Source of the DNA: Escherichia coli
GTDB lineage: Bacteria; Pseudomonadota; Gammaproteobacteria; Enterobacterales; Enterobacteriaceae
Strand: one strand, 5' to 3'
Length of the DNA: 64,000 nt
Assembly: GCF_041248615.1 (NCBI RefSeq)
Contig: NZ_CP158426.1
Shown here in pieces: positions 53,769-64,000 of this stretch (position 1 is the stretch's first letter; each line of letters begins with the position of its first letter). The notes under the pieces are model-generated. The model saw only the letters and a list, made by a program, of their open reading frames with translations. It was not told where the DNA came from and did not search any database. The translations under genes were made by a program, and so were the position numbers.

Positions 53769-55180
53769 TGCGCGCTCCTTTTTCGCCGCGAAATAGCTAC
53801 ATTTTGATGCGTATCGTTCGGCACTCTGGCAAAGATGAACGCCGGAAGGGCGATGATAAACGCCATGCTAAGCCAGGTGTACATAAAGACGGTTTGTGTG
53901 GTGCCGCTGTCGATGCTGACATGCTGCGAACCAAAAAGCCCCAGCAACAGCCCGGCGATGGTGACGCCGATACTCATCGACAATTGCATAATCATCGACA
54001 GCAGACTGTTGCCGCTGCTCGCCAGATTGTCCGGGAGATCTTTCAGCGTCAGGGTGTTCATGGAGGAGAAACGGGTCGAGTTGACCATCCCTTGTAAAAA
54101 CAGGACGAACGGCAAAACGTAGTACCAGCCCAGCAGAGCGGTAGTCATAAACAATAGGGTGACCAGCGACAGACCCAGCGTGGTCGCCACCAGCACCCGA
54201 CGGTAGCCAAAGCGATTCACTACCTGTACCACAATTCGCTTCATTCCCATGCTGCCGAGTACCATCGGGATCATCATCAGTCCGGCATGAAACGGCGAGA
54301 AACCGAGGCCAATTTGCAGGAAAACCGGTGTCATAAAGGGCAACATGCCACTGCCAATACGTCCGGCAAAGCTCCCCGCCAGGCCCAGCGAAAAGGTACG
54401 AGTGCGGAACAGTTTCAGACTGAACAGGGCGCGGTTGTTATTTCTGGCGTGCAGCAGATAAAGCACCAGTGCCACCACGCCAACTGCGACCAGGCCAGCA
54501 ATCGCCAGCGGCGATAAACCTGTACCTTTACTGCCGTCCAGCGCCAGGGTTAATACCGCCATGCCAATCGCCAGCAATAAAAAGCCGGAGAGATCGAAGC
54601 GCCGCGTCTGCATGGTGTAGTTCGGCATTAACATCAGTGTGGCGATCGCGCCGATAATTCCCACCGGAATGTTGATCAAAAAGATCCAGTGCCACGACGC
54701 GTACTCCACCAGCAGGCCGCCGAGCGCCGGACCGAGCAGCGGCCCGACCTGACCGGGTAACGTGACAAAGGTCATCGCCGCCATATATTGCTCGCGCGGT
54801 ACGATTTTCATCACCGTCAACCTGCCGACCGGCACCATCATCGCACCGCCAACGCCCTGTAACGCGCGTGCCAGCAACAGTTCGTTCAGCGTGCCGGAAA
54901 GCGCGCAAAACAGTGAACCGAGAGTAAACAGCACGATGGCGGTAAAGAAAATATTGCGCACGCCGACTTTGTCCGCCAGCCAGCCGCTGGCGGGCAGCAT
55001 CACCGCCACGGTCAGTACATAAGAGACAATGACCATGTGCATATGCAACGGACTTTCCCCGAGGCTTTGCGCCATTGAGGGAAGCGCGGTGTTGACGATG
55101 GTGGTGTCCAGCGACTGCATAAAGAAGCCGAAAGCCACAATCCACAATTGCCAGCGGGTGCTGTCGGGAAGATCTGTCAT
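53765..55180 (-). CDS. mdtD: MFS transporter MdtD
   Basis: 471-aa 14-TM-like ORF downstream of mdtC in the same operon. Confidence 0.9.
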   Translation of the reverse strand: MTDLPDSTRWQLWIVAFGFFMQSLDTTIVNTALPSMAQSLGESPLHMHMVIVSYVLTVAVMLPASGWLADKVGVRNIFFTAIVLFTLGSLFCALSGTLNELLLARALQGVGGAMMVPVGRLTVMKIVPREQYMAAMTFVTLPGQVGPLLGPALGGLLVEYASWHWIFLINIPVGIIGAIATLMLMPNYTMQTRRFDLSGFLLLAIGMAVLTLALDGSKGTGLSPLAIAGLVAVGVVALVLYLLHARNNNRALFSLKLFRTRTFSLGLAGSFAGRIGSGMLPFMTPVFLQIGLGFSPFHAGLMMIPMVLGSMGMKRIVVQVVNRFGYRRVLVATTLGLSLVTLLFMTTALLGWYYVLPFVLFLQGMVNSTRFSSMNTLTLKDLPDNLASSGNSLLSMIMQLSMSIGVTIAGLLLGLFGSQHVSIDSGTTQTVFMYTWLSMAFIIALPAFIFARVPNDTHQNVAISRRKRSAQ

Positions 55181-58100
55181 TTACTCGGTTACCGTTTGTT
55201 TAGGTTTACGCGAAAAACGCAGCCGCAGACGGTCGAAAAAGAGATACACCACCGGCGTGGTATACAGCGTCAGAAGCTGGCTCATTACCAGACCGCCGAC
55301 AATGGTGATCCCCAGGGGTTGGCGCAGCTCCGAGCCGTCACCGCCCGACAACACCAGCGGCAGCGCGCCAAACAGCGCCGCCAGGGTAGTCATCATAATC
55401 GGGCGAAAACGCAGCAGACAGGCCTGGAAAATAGCTTCCTGCGGCGTCAGGTTACCGTGCCGTTGGGCTTCAAGCGCAAAATCGACCATCATGATGGCGT
55501 TTTTCTTTACGATGCCGATTAATAGCATGATCCCTATCAGGGCGATTAGGCTGAACGGGGCATTGAACAGCTCCAGCGCCAGCAGCGCTCCAACGCCCGC
55601 CGAGGGCAGAGTGGAGAGAATCGTCAGCGGATGTACGTAACTCTCGTAAAGGATACCCAGCACGATATACACCGTGGCGATGGCGGCGATAATCAGGATC
55701 ACCTGCGAGTTCATCGTCTCCTGGAACACCTGCGCCGTGCCGGCAAAACTACCGCGCACCGTCGAAGGCACACCAAGCTGGGTCATTGCGCGATCGATCG
55801 CCGCACTGGCGTCCGAGAGCGATTTCCCGGTCGGCAGGTTGAACGAGATGGTCGAGGCTGCCGATAATCCCTGATGATTCACCGATAGTGGGGCATTCGC
55901 CGGTTGCCATTTAGCGAAATACGACAGCGGGATCGCTTTTCCTTCGTTATTGATAACGAACATTTTTTCCAGCGCGCTGATGTCCTGGGTATAACGCGGA
56001 TCCACTTCCATCACCACTTTGTACTGGTTCATTGGCTGATAAATGGTCGAGATTTGCCGCTGACCGAAGGCGTTATTTAACAGGCTGTTGGCGGCCTGTA
56101 CGTCGATTCCCAGCCGTGCCATGGTGTCGCGATCGTAAACCAGATTCATCTCCGCGCCGTTATCCTGCTGATCGGAGTTCACGTCCGCCAGTTCCGGCAA
56201 CGTCGCCAGTTTTTTGCGGATTTTCGGCTCCCATTCGCGCAGTGCCGCCAGGTCGTCGGATAACAACGTGTACTGGTAGCTGGCGTTCGACTGACGCCCA
56301 CCAACGCGAATATCCTGTACCGCCATCAGGAACAGATTCGCCCCCGGTTCTTTCGCCAGTTTTACGCGCAGACGGTCGATAATTTGCTGCGCCGTTTCGC
56401 TGCGTTCGTCGCGTGGCTTGAGGGTGATAAACATCATCCCACTGTTCACCCGCGAACCGCCGGTAAAGCCGGTGACATTATCCACCGCCGGATCGTCACG
56501 GATAATTTTCATAAAATCCTGCAACTTACCGCGCATCGCCTGAAACGAAATACTCTGATCCGCCTGTATCCCGCCCATCAACACGCCGGTGTCCTGCTCC
56601 GGGAAGAAGGTTTTCGGGATCGAGATATATAGCCAGATATTCAGCGCAATGGTGCCAAGCAGCACCACGCCCACCAGACGGGTATGATTGAGCACCCATT
56701 TCAGCGACTTGCCATAGCCTTGTTGCAGGGCTACCAACATGCGACCAAAACCACGCAGTCGCTTTTGCTCGCGCGGCTTGCTGGCTTTCAGCATCCAGCC
56801 ACACATCATCGGCGTTAGCGTCAGGGAAACCAGCAACGAAATACCAATGGCGACAGAAAGCGTCACGGCAAACTCGCGTAACAGTCGGCCCGGCAATCCG
56901 CCCATCAACAGCAGCGGCAGGAACACCGCCACCAGTGACAGACTCATCGACAGCACCGTAAAACCGACTTCGCGAGTACCTTGCAGTGCGGCTTGCAACG
57001 GTTTCATTCCCGCTTCCAGATGACGTGCAATGTTTTCCAGCACCACGATGGCGTCATCCACCACGAAACCAGTAGCAATGGTGAGCGCCATTAACGAAAG
57101 ATTATTGAGACTGAAACCGCACAGGTACATCGCCGCAAACGTACCAATCAGCGAAACCGGCACCGCAACGGCGGGAATAATAGTGGCGCGACCCGAGCGC
57201 AGGAATAAAAAGACCACCAGAATGACCAGCGCCACCGAGATAATCAGCGTTTGCTCGACTTCCTCCAGCGAGGCGCGAATAGTGGGGGAGCGATCCTGGG
57301 CAATTTGCAGATCAATCGCCGCCGGAATGGTCTCCTGCAACTCCGGTAATTTTGCCCGGATGCTGTCAACCGTCTGGATTATATTGGCTTCCGGCAGCTT
57401 GCGGATCATCAGCAAAATAGCCGGTTTGGCGTTGGTCATCCCGGCGTTACGTACATCTTGTACAGAGTCGGTCACCGTCGCCACATCGCCCAGACGAACC
57501 GCGCCGCCGTTGTTGTAATGAATAATCAACGGCTGATATTCAGCGGCGGTTTTCAGTTCATCGTTAGTCTGGATCTGCCAGCGGTGAGTATCATCTTCCA
57601 GCGCCCCCTGCGGTTTACGCACGTTGGCATTGCTGATGGCGGTGCGCACATCGTCCAGCGACACGCCCTGATTAAACAGCGCCTGCGGATTCAGCCCGAC
57701 GCGTACGGCGGGCAGTGAGCTGCCGCCGACATCGACATCACCAACACCGTCGATTTGCGAAATCGTCGGAGCCAGCTGCGTCGAGGCGAAATCGTACAGT
57801 TCACCCTGCGAATAAGTATCGGATGTCAGCGTGAGGATCATTATTGGCGCATCCGACGGGTTCGCTTTGCGATAGGTCGGACGGCTTGGCATCCCGCTGG
57901 GCAGCAAACTTTGCGCGGCGTTGATCGCCGCTTGCACATCGCGCGCTGCGCCGTTGATATCGCGGTCAAAATCAAACTGCAAAATAATGCGCGTGCTGCC
58001 GAGCGAACTGCTGGAGGTCATTTCACTGACCCCGGCAATGCGCCCAAGTGAGCGCTCCAGCGGCGTGGCAACGGAAGACGCCATTGTTTCTGGTGACGCA

Positions 58101-58258
58101 CCGGGCAGCGAGGCGCTGACCATAATCACCGGAAAATCGACCTGCGGCAGCGGGGCGACCGGCAGCATACGGAAGCCCAGTATGCCGCACAGGGTAATGG
58201 CGACCGACAGTAAAATCGTCGCCACCGGGCGGTAAATGAAGAGGGCAAAAAACTTCAT
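55181..58258 (-). CDS. mdtC: RND multidrug efflux pump subunit MdtC
   Basis: 1025-aa RND permease ORF, directly abutting mdtB and mdtD. Confidence 0.95.
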   Translation of the reverse strand: MKFFALFIYRPVATILLSVAITLCGILGFRMLPVAPLPQVDFPVIMVSASLPGASPETMASSVATPLERSLGRIAGVSEMTSSSSLGSTRIILQFDFDRDINGAARDVQAAINAAQSLLPSGMPSRPTYRKANPSDAPIMILTLTSDTYSQGELYDFASTQLAPTISQIDGVGDVDVGGSSLPAVRVGLNPQALFNQGVSLDDVRTAISNANVRKPQGALEDDTHRWQIQTNDELKTAAEYQPLIIHYNNGGAVRLGDVATVTDSVQDVRNAGMTNAKPAILLMIRKLPEANIIQTVDSIRAKLPELQETIPAAIDLQIAQDRSPTIRASLEEVEQTLIISVALVILVVFLFLRSGRATIIPAVAVPVSLIGTFAAMYLCGFSLNNLSLMALTIATGFVVDDAIVVLENIARHLEAGMKPLQAALQGTREVGFTVLSMSLSLVAVFLPLLLMGGLPGRLLREFAVTLSVAIGISLLVSLTLTPMMCGWMLKASKPREQKRLRGFGRMLVALQQGYGKSLKWVLNHTRLVGVVLLGTIALNIWLYISIPKTFFPEQDTGVLMGGIQADQSISFQAMRGKLQDFMKIIRDDPAVDNVTGFTGGSRVNSGMMFITLKPRDERSETAQQIIDRLRVKLAKEPGANLFLMAVQDIRVGGRQSNASYQYTLLSDDLAALREWEPKIRKKLATLPELADVNSDQQDNGAEMNLVYDRDTMARLGIDVQAANSLLNNAFGQRQISTIYQPMNQYKVVMEVDPRYTQDISALEKMFVINNEGKAIPLSYFAKWQPANAPLSVNHQGLSAASTISFNLPTGKSLSDASAAIDRAMTQLGVPSTVRGSFAGTAQVFQETMNSQVILIIAAIATVYIVLGILYESYVHPLTILSTLPSAGVGALLALELFNAPFSLIALIGIMLLIGIVKKNAIMMVDFALEAQRHGNLTPQEAIFQACLLRFRPIMMTTLAALFGALPLVLSGGDGSELRQPLGITIVGGLVMSQLLTLYTTPVVYLFFDRLRLRFSRKPKQTVTE

Positions 58259-61200
58259 TTACGCCTCCTCTTCATGACGGGCAAAGCGGCTTTTGGTCCA
58301 CAATGCCAGGCGGTCGAATAGCAGATAAATCACTGGCGTGGTAAACAGCGTCAGCACCTGGCTGACAATCAGACCGCCGACCATGCCGATACCTAACGGA
58401 CGACGCAGTTCCGCGCCGACCCCGGTACTCAACATCAGCGGCAGCGCGCCAAGCAGAGCCGCCAGAGTGGTCATCAGGATCGGACGAAAACGCAACAGAC
58501 AAGCCTGGTAGATGGCATCGCGCGGCGACATGCCTTGCTCGCGCTCAGCAGCCAGCGCGAAGTCGATCATCATGATGGCGTTCTTCTTCACGATACCGAT
58601 CAGCAAAATAATGCCGATAATGGCAATCACATCCAGTTCGCTACCGGCAATCATTAACGCCAGCAGTGCGCCGACCCCTGCGGTGGGTAGCGTCGAGAGA
58701 ATGGTGATCGGGTGAATAAAGCTCTCGTACAGAATGCCGAGCACGATATACATCGCCACCACCGCCGCGACAATCAGCCAGACAGTGCTGCCCAACGCCG
58801 ACTGGAAGGCGAGGGTGCTGCCCTGGAACTGCGTGGTGATATCCACCGGCAGATTCAGCGTCTTTTCGGTGTCCATAATCGCCTGCACCGCATCGCCCAG
58901 CGAATAGTTATCCGGCACGTTAAAGGAGATGGTCGTTACCGGGAACTGATCCAGATGGTTGATGGAAAGCGGCGCAAAACGCTGCTCAATTTTGGCAATT
59001 GAGCTTAACGGCACCACTCCACCGTCGCTGCTGGTCAGGCGAATGGTATCCAGCGCCGCGAGGCCTGGGGTATTTTCGGTGTTGTGTTCCAGCACCACGC
59101 GATACTGGTTAGCCTGAGTATAAATAGTGGAAATCAGCCGCTGACCAAACGCGTTGTACAGGGCGTTATCGACATCCGCCATGCTGATCCCCAGACGGCT
59201 GGCGCTGTCGCGATCAACATTGACATACGCCACCAGCCCTTTGTCCTGCCAGTCGCTGGAGACATCAGATAGCTGTGGCAGCTGCTGGAGTTTTTCCATC
59301 AACTGTGGCACCCAGGTACTGAGCGCATCCAGTGACGTGGCCTGCAAGGTAAACTGGTACTGGGTGCGGCTGACCTGAGTATCGATGGTCAGGTCCTGCG
59401 TTGGTTGCAGGAAGAGATCGACGCCCGGCACTTTATCCACCGCCGTTTGCAGACGGGCGATGACTTTTTGCACCCGATCATCACGTTCATCCAACGGTTT
59501 GAGGTTGATCTGCAAACGCGCACTGTTCAGCGACGGGTTAGTGCCATCAACGCCAACAAACGAGGTCAGGCTTTGCACTGCCGGATCCTGCAAAATCACA
59601 TCCGCGACCTGGCGTTGCCGCTGGGCCATATTGGCAAAGGAGCTGGATTGCGGTGCCTGCAAAGTGCCCTGAATAATGCCGTTGTCCTGTACCGGGAAGA
59701 AACCTTTCGGAATGAACACCCACAACAGCACGCTAAGCAGCAGCGTGCTGAGCGCCACGCTTAAGGTCAGCCACGGATGATTCAGCACTTTCGCCAGTCC
59801 ACGACCATAGGCGGTGATTATCCTGTCGAACATTTTCTCCAAGGCTCGGGAGAAGCGGTTCTGTTTACGCAGCGACTCCTGGCTGAGCATCCGCGCGCAC
59901 ATCATCGGTGTCAGGGTCAGCGACACCACTGCTGAGATCAAAATCGCGACGGCCAGAGTAATAGCAAATTCGCGGAACAGTCGCCCGACGATATCGCCCA
60001 TAAACAGCAGTGGGATCAACACCGCAATCAGTGAGAAGGTCAGCGAGATAATGGTAAAGCCGATTTCACCTGCGCCTTTGAGCGCCGCCGCCAGCGGTTT
60101 TTCGCCTTTTTCGATATAGCGCGAAATGTTCTCGATCACCACGATGGCGTCATCGACCACGAATCCGGTGGCGATAGTTAACGCCATCAGCGTCAGGTTA
60201 TTGATCGAAAAATCGAGAAACACCATAACCGCGAAAGTGCCGATTAACGACAGCGGTACAGCAACACCGGGAATGATGGTCGCCGGAATATTGCGCAAAA
60301 ACAGGTAGATAATCATGACTACCAGCGCGATAGCCATCATCAATTCAAACTGGGTATCGTTGACCGATGCGCGGATGTTGGTGGTGCGGTCAGAAAGCAC
60401 TGTCACCTTCACCGATTTCGGCAAACTCTCGGTGAGCTGTGGCAGCATCTGCCGGATGCTGTCGGCGGTGGAGATAATGTTAGCACCGGGCTGGCGCTGA
60501 ACATTCATCACAATGGCCTGTTCTTTGTTCGCCCACGCGCCGAGCCAGCTGTTTTCTGCTCCTTGCTCTACGGTTGCGACATCGCCCAGACGAATCGGCG
60601 CGCCGTTCTGGTAGGCAATAATTAGCTGGCGATACTCTTCGGCGGATTGCATCTGGTCGTTCGCGGAAAGGGTGACCGCGCGGGAAGGGCCGTCGAGGCT
60701 ACCTTTTGCCGAGTTAACGTTAGCGCCGGTAATAGCGGTGCGCACGGTTTCGCTGGTCAGGCCGAGGGCGGCAATCGCCTGAGCGTTAAGTTTGACACGA
60801 ACAGCCGGACGCTGGCCGCTGGAAAGCGTCACCAGGCCGACACCGGAAATCTGCGAGATTTTCTGCGCGACGCGGGTTTCCACCATATCTTCCACTTGCG
60901 TCATTGGCATGGCGGTTGAGGTGACGGCGAGCGTCATGATTGGTGGATCTGCCGGGTTCACTTTGCTGTAAACCGGCGGGTTAGGCAGATCGCTCGGCAA
61001 CAAGTTGGTCGCAGCGTTAATCGCGGCCTGCACTTCCTGCTCGGCGACATCCAGCGGTAATGTTAGCTGGAACTGCAAAGTGATAACTGACGCACCGCCG
61101 GAACTTTGCGACGACATCTGTTTCAGGCCAGACATCTGCCCAAACTGGCGTTCAAGCGGCGCGGTAACGGCAGAGGTCATGACATCCGGGCTCGCACCTG

Positions 61201-61381
61201 GGTAGAGCGTGACTACCTGAATGGTCGGATAGTCCACTTCCGGCAGCGCCGAAACGGGCAGGGCTCGATAACCGATAATCCCGGCGAGTAAGATCGCCAC
61301 CATCAGCAGCGTGGTGGCGACAGGACGCATAATAAACAGGCGCGACGGGCCGCCTGTGCTGCTCGGGGGTAACACCTGCAT
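58259..61381 (-). CDS. mdtB: RND multidrug efflux pump subunit MdtB
   Basis: 1040-aa RND permease ORF. Confidence 0.95.
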   Translation of the reverse strand: MQVLPPSSTGGPSRLFIMRPVATTLLMVAILLAGIIGYRALPVSALPEVDYPTIQVVTLYPGASPDVMTSAVTAPLERQFGQMSGLKQMSSQSSGGASVITLQFQLTLPLDVAEQEVQAAINAATNLLPSDLPNPPVYSKVNPADPPIMTLAVTSTAMPMTQVEDMVETRVAQKISQISGVGLVTLSSGQRPAVRVKLNAQAIAALGLTSETVRTAITGANVNSAKGSLDGPSRAVTLSANDQMQSAEEYRQLIIAYQNGAPIRLGDVATVEQGAENSWLGAWANKEQAIVMNVQRQPGANIISTADSIRQMLPQLTESLPKSVKVTVLSDRTTNIRASVNDTQFELMMAIALVVMIIYLFLRNIPATIIPGVAVPLSLIGTFAVMVFLDFSINNLTLMALTIATGFVVDDAIVVIENISRYIEKGEKPLAAALKGAGEIGFTIISLTFSLIAVLIPLLFMGDIVGRLFREFAITLAVAILISAVVSLTLTPMMCARMLSQESLRKQNRFSRALEKMFDRIITAYGRGLAKVLNHPWLTLSVALSTLLLSVLLWVFIPKGFFPVQDNGIIQGTLQAPQSSSFANMAQRQRQVADVILQDPAVQSLTSFVGVDGTNPSLNSARLQINLKPLDERDDRVQKVIARLQTAVDKVPGVDLFLQPTQDLTIDTQVSRTQYQFTLQATSLDALSTWVPQLMEKLQQLPQLSDVSSDWQDKGLVAYVNVDRDSASRLGISMADVDNALYNAFGQRLISTIYTQANQYRVVLEHNTENTPGLAALDTIRLTSSDGGVVPLSSIAKIEQRFAPLSINHLDQFPVTTISFNVPDNYSLGDAVQAIMDTEKTLNLPVDITTQFQGSTLAFQSALGSTVWLIVAAVVAMYIVLGILYESFIHPITILSTLPTAGVGALLALMIAGSELDVIAIIGIILLIGIVKKNAIMMIDFALAAEREQGMSPRDAIYQACLLRFRPILMTTLAALLGALPLMLSTGVGAELRRPLGIGMVGGLIVSQVLTLFTTPVIYLLFDRLALWTKSRFARHEEEA

Positions 61382-62628
61382 CAGGAGCGTGCTCCTTTTT
61401 TCGCGTATTCGCGGCTGGTGGCTTTCTCTTCCGGAGTGGTGGCGCTCTGGGCTTCCACTACTTCCACTTTCGCCCCTTCGGTCAGGCGATCAATGCCGTC
61501 TGTCACTACGCGGTCGCCCGCAGAAATACCTGCGCGGATCACCACTTTCTGACTGTCCTGAATGCCCGGCGTCACCAGATGTTTGCTGACCTTGTTTTCG
61601 CTATTCAGCACCCAGACAAAATGGCCTTCGTTGCCCATTTGCAGAGCGGCGGTGGGGATCACTACGGCGTTTTGTTCGGTGTCGACTAACATACGCGCGT
61701 TAACAAACTGATTGGGAAACAGCGCATCATCCTGATTATTAAAGCGTGCTTTCACTTTAATCGTACCGGTAGTGGCATCGATTTGGTTATCGAGACTTAA
61801 CAGCGTGCCTTCACTTAATTTCTTCGAGTTGGTGCGATCCCAGGCTTCAACAACCAGCGGTTTTCCGGCTTTTTGCGCCTGTACTACGGTAGCGATATCG
61901 CTTTCCGGCAGGGTAAAGAGCAAATCGATAGGATGCGTCTGGGTGATCACCACAATCCCGGTGGTATCACCACTGGAGATTTGGTTACCAACATCAACCT
62001 GCTTGAGACCAACGCGACCATCGATTGGTGCGGTGATGCGGCTCCAGTCGAGCTGCAGCTGCGCGCTGGCGACGCTTGCTTCATCAGCCTTAATGGTGCC
62101 TTCGGTTTCACTGACCAGCGCCTGTTGGGCATCCAGCTCCTGGCGGGAGACAAGATTGGTTTTTGCCAGTTGTTGATAACGCGCCAGGTCACGGCGGGCG
62201 TTGGCAAGCGTGGCTTTATCTTTTGCCAGTTGGCCCTGGGCTTGTGCTAATGCAACTTTGAACTGGCTTGGGTCAATTTCTGCCAGTAAATCGCCTGCTT
62301 TGACCTGCTGGCCTTCCTGGAAATGTAACGCCATCAGTTGACCGTCCACGCGGCTGCGCACCGTAACGGTATTAGCGGCGGTAATGGTGCCAAGCCCGGT
62401 GAGATAACGTGGCACAGCTTGTTCTACGGCAGTCGCCGCCTGAACCGGGGCTAATGGGCCGGCACGCATACCACGGCGACCACCCGCTGGCGATTGCTGC
62501 GCTTGTTTCGTCGCCCCTGGGGCTGCACTCTGGGAGTCATTGCGGCCTTGCCAGAACCAGAATGCGGCGATGGCGGCGATAACCAACACGATTACGATTA
62601 CCCAACGGGATTTATAACTGCCTTTCAT
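61381..62628 (-). CDS. mdtA: RND membrane fusion protein MdtA
   Basis: Start at [24 protein letters not shown] (415 aa); ORF track extends to 62775. Confidence 0.9.
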   Translation of the reverse strand: MKGSYKSRWVIVIVLVIAAIAAFWFWQGRNDSQSAAPGATKQAQQSPAGGRRGMRAGPLAPVQAATAVEQAVPRYLTGLGTITAANTVTVRSRVDGQLMALHFQEGQQVKAGDLLAEIDPSQFKVALAQAQGQLAKDKATLANARRDLARYQQLAKTNLVSRQELDAQQALVSETEGTIKADEASVASAQLQLDWSRITAPIDGRVGLKQVDVGNQISSGDTTGIVVITQTHPIDLLFTLPESDIATVVQAQKAGKPLVVEAWDRTNSKKLSEGTLLSLDNQIDATTGTIKVKARFNNQDDALFPNQFVNARMLVDTEQNAVVIPTAALQMGNEGHFVWVLNSENKVSKHLVTPGIQDSQKVVIRAGISAGDRVVTDGIDRLTEGAKVEVVEAQSATTPEEKATSREYAKKGARS

Positions 62629-62681
62629 CGTTAAGAGTTTCTCTTCCTGAAACGTTTCACGGAATGATACTAGTGTAGCCA

Positions 62682-62699
62682 GCCAATAAGGGAGAAAAA
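62682..62699 (-). promoter_or_regulatory. BaeR box upstream of mdtA
   Basis: Minus-strand TTTTTCTCCCTTATTGGC matches the recalled BaeR-binding consensus; position relative to the mdtA start inferred. Confidence 0.5.
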
Positions 62700-62856
62700 T
62701 GGAGGAATTATGAAACACTGTCGGGAATCGTCTGAATGACGGGCACATTTGCGAGCACGCATCCAGTAATAACACATGAAACTATTTTATCTGCAAGTTA
62801 GCGATAGACTGCTTGCATGGCGAAAGGAGGTAAGCCGCCGTTTTCAGCGGGACGCT

Positions 62857-62999
62857 GAAACGGGAAAGCCCCTCCCGAGGAAGGGGCCTTAAATAAGGAA
62901 AGGGTCATGATGAAGCTACTCATCATCGTGGTGCTCTTAGTGATTAGCTACCCAGCATACTAAGACTACCAGGGCGGGGGAAACCCCGCTCTACCCTCA
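62857..62999 (-). ncRNA. sibB: Sib antisense sRNA, copy 1 (ends approximate)
   Basis: Minus-strand promoter TTGACA (63029-63034)-17 nt-TACTTT (63006-63011); terminator hairpin GCCCCTTCCTCGGGAGGGGC plus UUUCCCGUUU near 62860-62888; fully overlaps the ibs ORF. Confidence 0.65.
62907..62963 (+). CDS. ibsB: Ibs type I toxin peptide, copy 1 (MMKLLIIVVLLVISYPAY)
   Basis: 18-codon hydrophobic ORF with AGGAAAGGG SD; matches the Ibs peptide family. A/B assignment is approximate. Confidence 0.75.
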   Translation: MMKLLIIVVLLVISYPAY

Positions 63000-63184
63000 C
63001 TCCTGAAAGTATGCCTTCACGATAAGATTGTCAATCTGCAGGCTTTGCAGTCTGCGATCCTGCCAGCAAATATTCTTTGCGAGACGTTACGCAATAATCA
63101 CACTGGAAACTATTTTATCCGCAAGTCAGCGATAGACTGCATACAGGGCGAAAGGAGGTAAGCCGACGATTTCAGCGGGACGCT

Positions 63185-63327
63185 GAAACGGGAAAGCCCC
63201 TCCCGAGGAAGGGGCCTTAAATAAGGAAAGGGTCATGATGAAGATACTCATCATCGTGGTGCTCTTAGTGATTAGCTACCCAGCATACTAAGACTACCAG
63301 GGCGGGGGAAACCCCGCTCTACCCTCA
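63185..63327 (-). ncRNA. Sib antisense sRNA, copy 2 (ends approximate)
   Basis: Same promoter (TTGACA at 63357-63362) and terminator architecture, offset 328 bp from copy 1. Confidence 0.6.
63235..63291 (+). CDS. Ibs type I toxin peptide, copy 2 (MMKILIIVVLLVISYPAY)
   Basis: Identical to copy 1 except L4I; same SD context. Confidence 0.75.
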   Translation: MMKILIIVVLLVISYPAY

Positions 63328-63513
63328 CTCCTGAAAGTATGCCTTCACGATAAGATTGTCAATCCGCAGGCTTTGCAGTCTGCGATCCTGCCAGCAAATA
63401 TTCTTTGCGAGTCGTTACGCAATAATCACAGAGGAAACTATTTTGGTCACGCGTTAGCGATAGACTGCATTCAGGGCGAAAGGAGGTAAGCCGACGATTT
63501 CAGCGGGACGCTG

Positions 63514-63662
63514 AAACGGGAAACCCTCTCCCGGAGAAGAGGGCTTTTAATAAGGAAAGGGTTATGATGAAGCACGTCATCATACTGGAGATACTCTTAG
63601 TGATTAGCTTCCAGGCTTACTAAGAACACCAGGGGGAGGGAGAAACCTCTCCCTAACCCTCA
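63514..63662 (-). ncRNA. sibA: Sib antisense sRNA, copy 3 (ends approximate)
   Basis: Promoter TTGACA (63692-63697)-17 nt-TAATTT (63669-63674) on the minus strand; hairpin CCCTCTCCCGGAGAAGAGGG at 63524-63543. Confidence 0.6.
63564..63623 (+). CDS. ibsA: Ibs type I toxin peptide, copy 3 (MMKHVIILEILLVISFQAY)
   Basis: 19-codon ORF of IbsA type; contains a Glu codon (GAG) inside the hydrophobic stretch. Confidence 0.7.
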   Translation: MMKHVIILEILLVISFQAY

Positions 63663-63843
63663 CTCCTGAAATTATGTCACTCCGCCCTTAGTGTCAATCG
63701 ACGGCTCTCCGTTCTTGCGAGGCGAATAGCAAAATTTTCTGCGCCGCCGGGCCTAATTCTGAAAGTTTCTTCGTTTGCTCTTATTTCATTATTGCAATCG
63801 GTATGATACCGGGCCTCAATAATTCTCTAAGAAAGGATTTCTT

Positions 63844-64000
63844 ATGAGCGAACAAATCACGTTTGCCACCAGCGATTTTGCCAGTAACCCGGAACCACGT
63901 TGCCCCTGCATTTTGCTGCTGGATGTTTCTGGTTCTATGAACGGTAGACCTATTAATGAACTTAACGCCGGATTGGTTACCTTTCGCGATGAGCTGCTTG
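63844..64000 (+). CDS. yegL: 5' end of vWA-domain protein YegL (partial, runs off window)
   Basis: ATG at 63844 after AAAGGA SD; [41 protein letters not shown] (vWA MIDAS-like DxSxS). Confidence 0.7.

Larger units (their letters stand above)
62780..63700. repeat. Three tandem repeat units (~328 bp period), each carrying an ibs toxin ORF and antisense Sib RNA
   Basis: Near-identical blocks beginning ...gaaactattttatc...gcgatagactgc...ggcgaaaggaggtaagccg...cagcgggacgctgaaacggg... recur three times. Confidence 0.85.

Noticed and set aside
62713-62742. Tiny plus-strand ORF (MKHCRESSE) with strong SD upstream of the sib repeats
   Set aside because: Only 9 codons, within the mdtA promoter/BaeR-box region; the GGAGG is more likely part of promoter-region sequence than a translated leader. 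No support for a real gene.
62780-63700. Possible CRISPR array, because of regularly spaced repeats with hairpins
   Set aside because: The period is about 328 bp with near-identical whole units, not short repeats separated by unique spacers, and each unit encodes an Ibs peptide and Sib RNA. No CRISPR-like array was seen anywhere in the window.

Overview
This window reads as an Escherichia coli chromosomal segment, in reverse orientation to the K-12 map, running yehM'-yehL-yehK-yehI-molR-metG / apbC-yehEDCBA / rcnB-rcnA / rcnR ... thiMD-yegX-yegW / yegVUT / fbaB-gatYZABCDR / yegS / yegR / cyaR-yegQ-yegP-baeRS-mdtDCBA / ibs-sib repeats / yegL'. All identifications come from reading the translated ORFs and DNA motifs by eye; no database search was run. 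The main finding is a visibly AT-rich accessory island of about 12.6 kb (about 20520-33264) inserted inside the thiM TPP-riboswitch leader and bounded by perfect 80-bp direct repeats of the aptamer sequence. The island carries a tyrosine integrase next to the left repeat, and a two-gene operon of a PD-(D/E)xK-like protein plus an SF2 DEAQ-box helicase (Hachiman-like candidate defence system). It also carries a serine recombinase with a res-like site, and an operon of a membrane protein plus a secreted protein of unknown function. A P-loop NTPase with an AT-hook-like tail sits next to an ORF-poor region with ATCAAT/GATC repeats, and an IS2 copy with a 5-bp target duplication splits a small ORF. 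Outside the island, the sib/ibs type I toxin-antitoxin locus next to mdtA is present as three tandem copies, and molR and gatR are intact ORFs. Several identifications rest on recalled knowledge of E. coli K-12 and should be confirmed by homology search.
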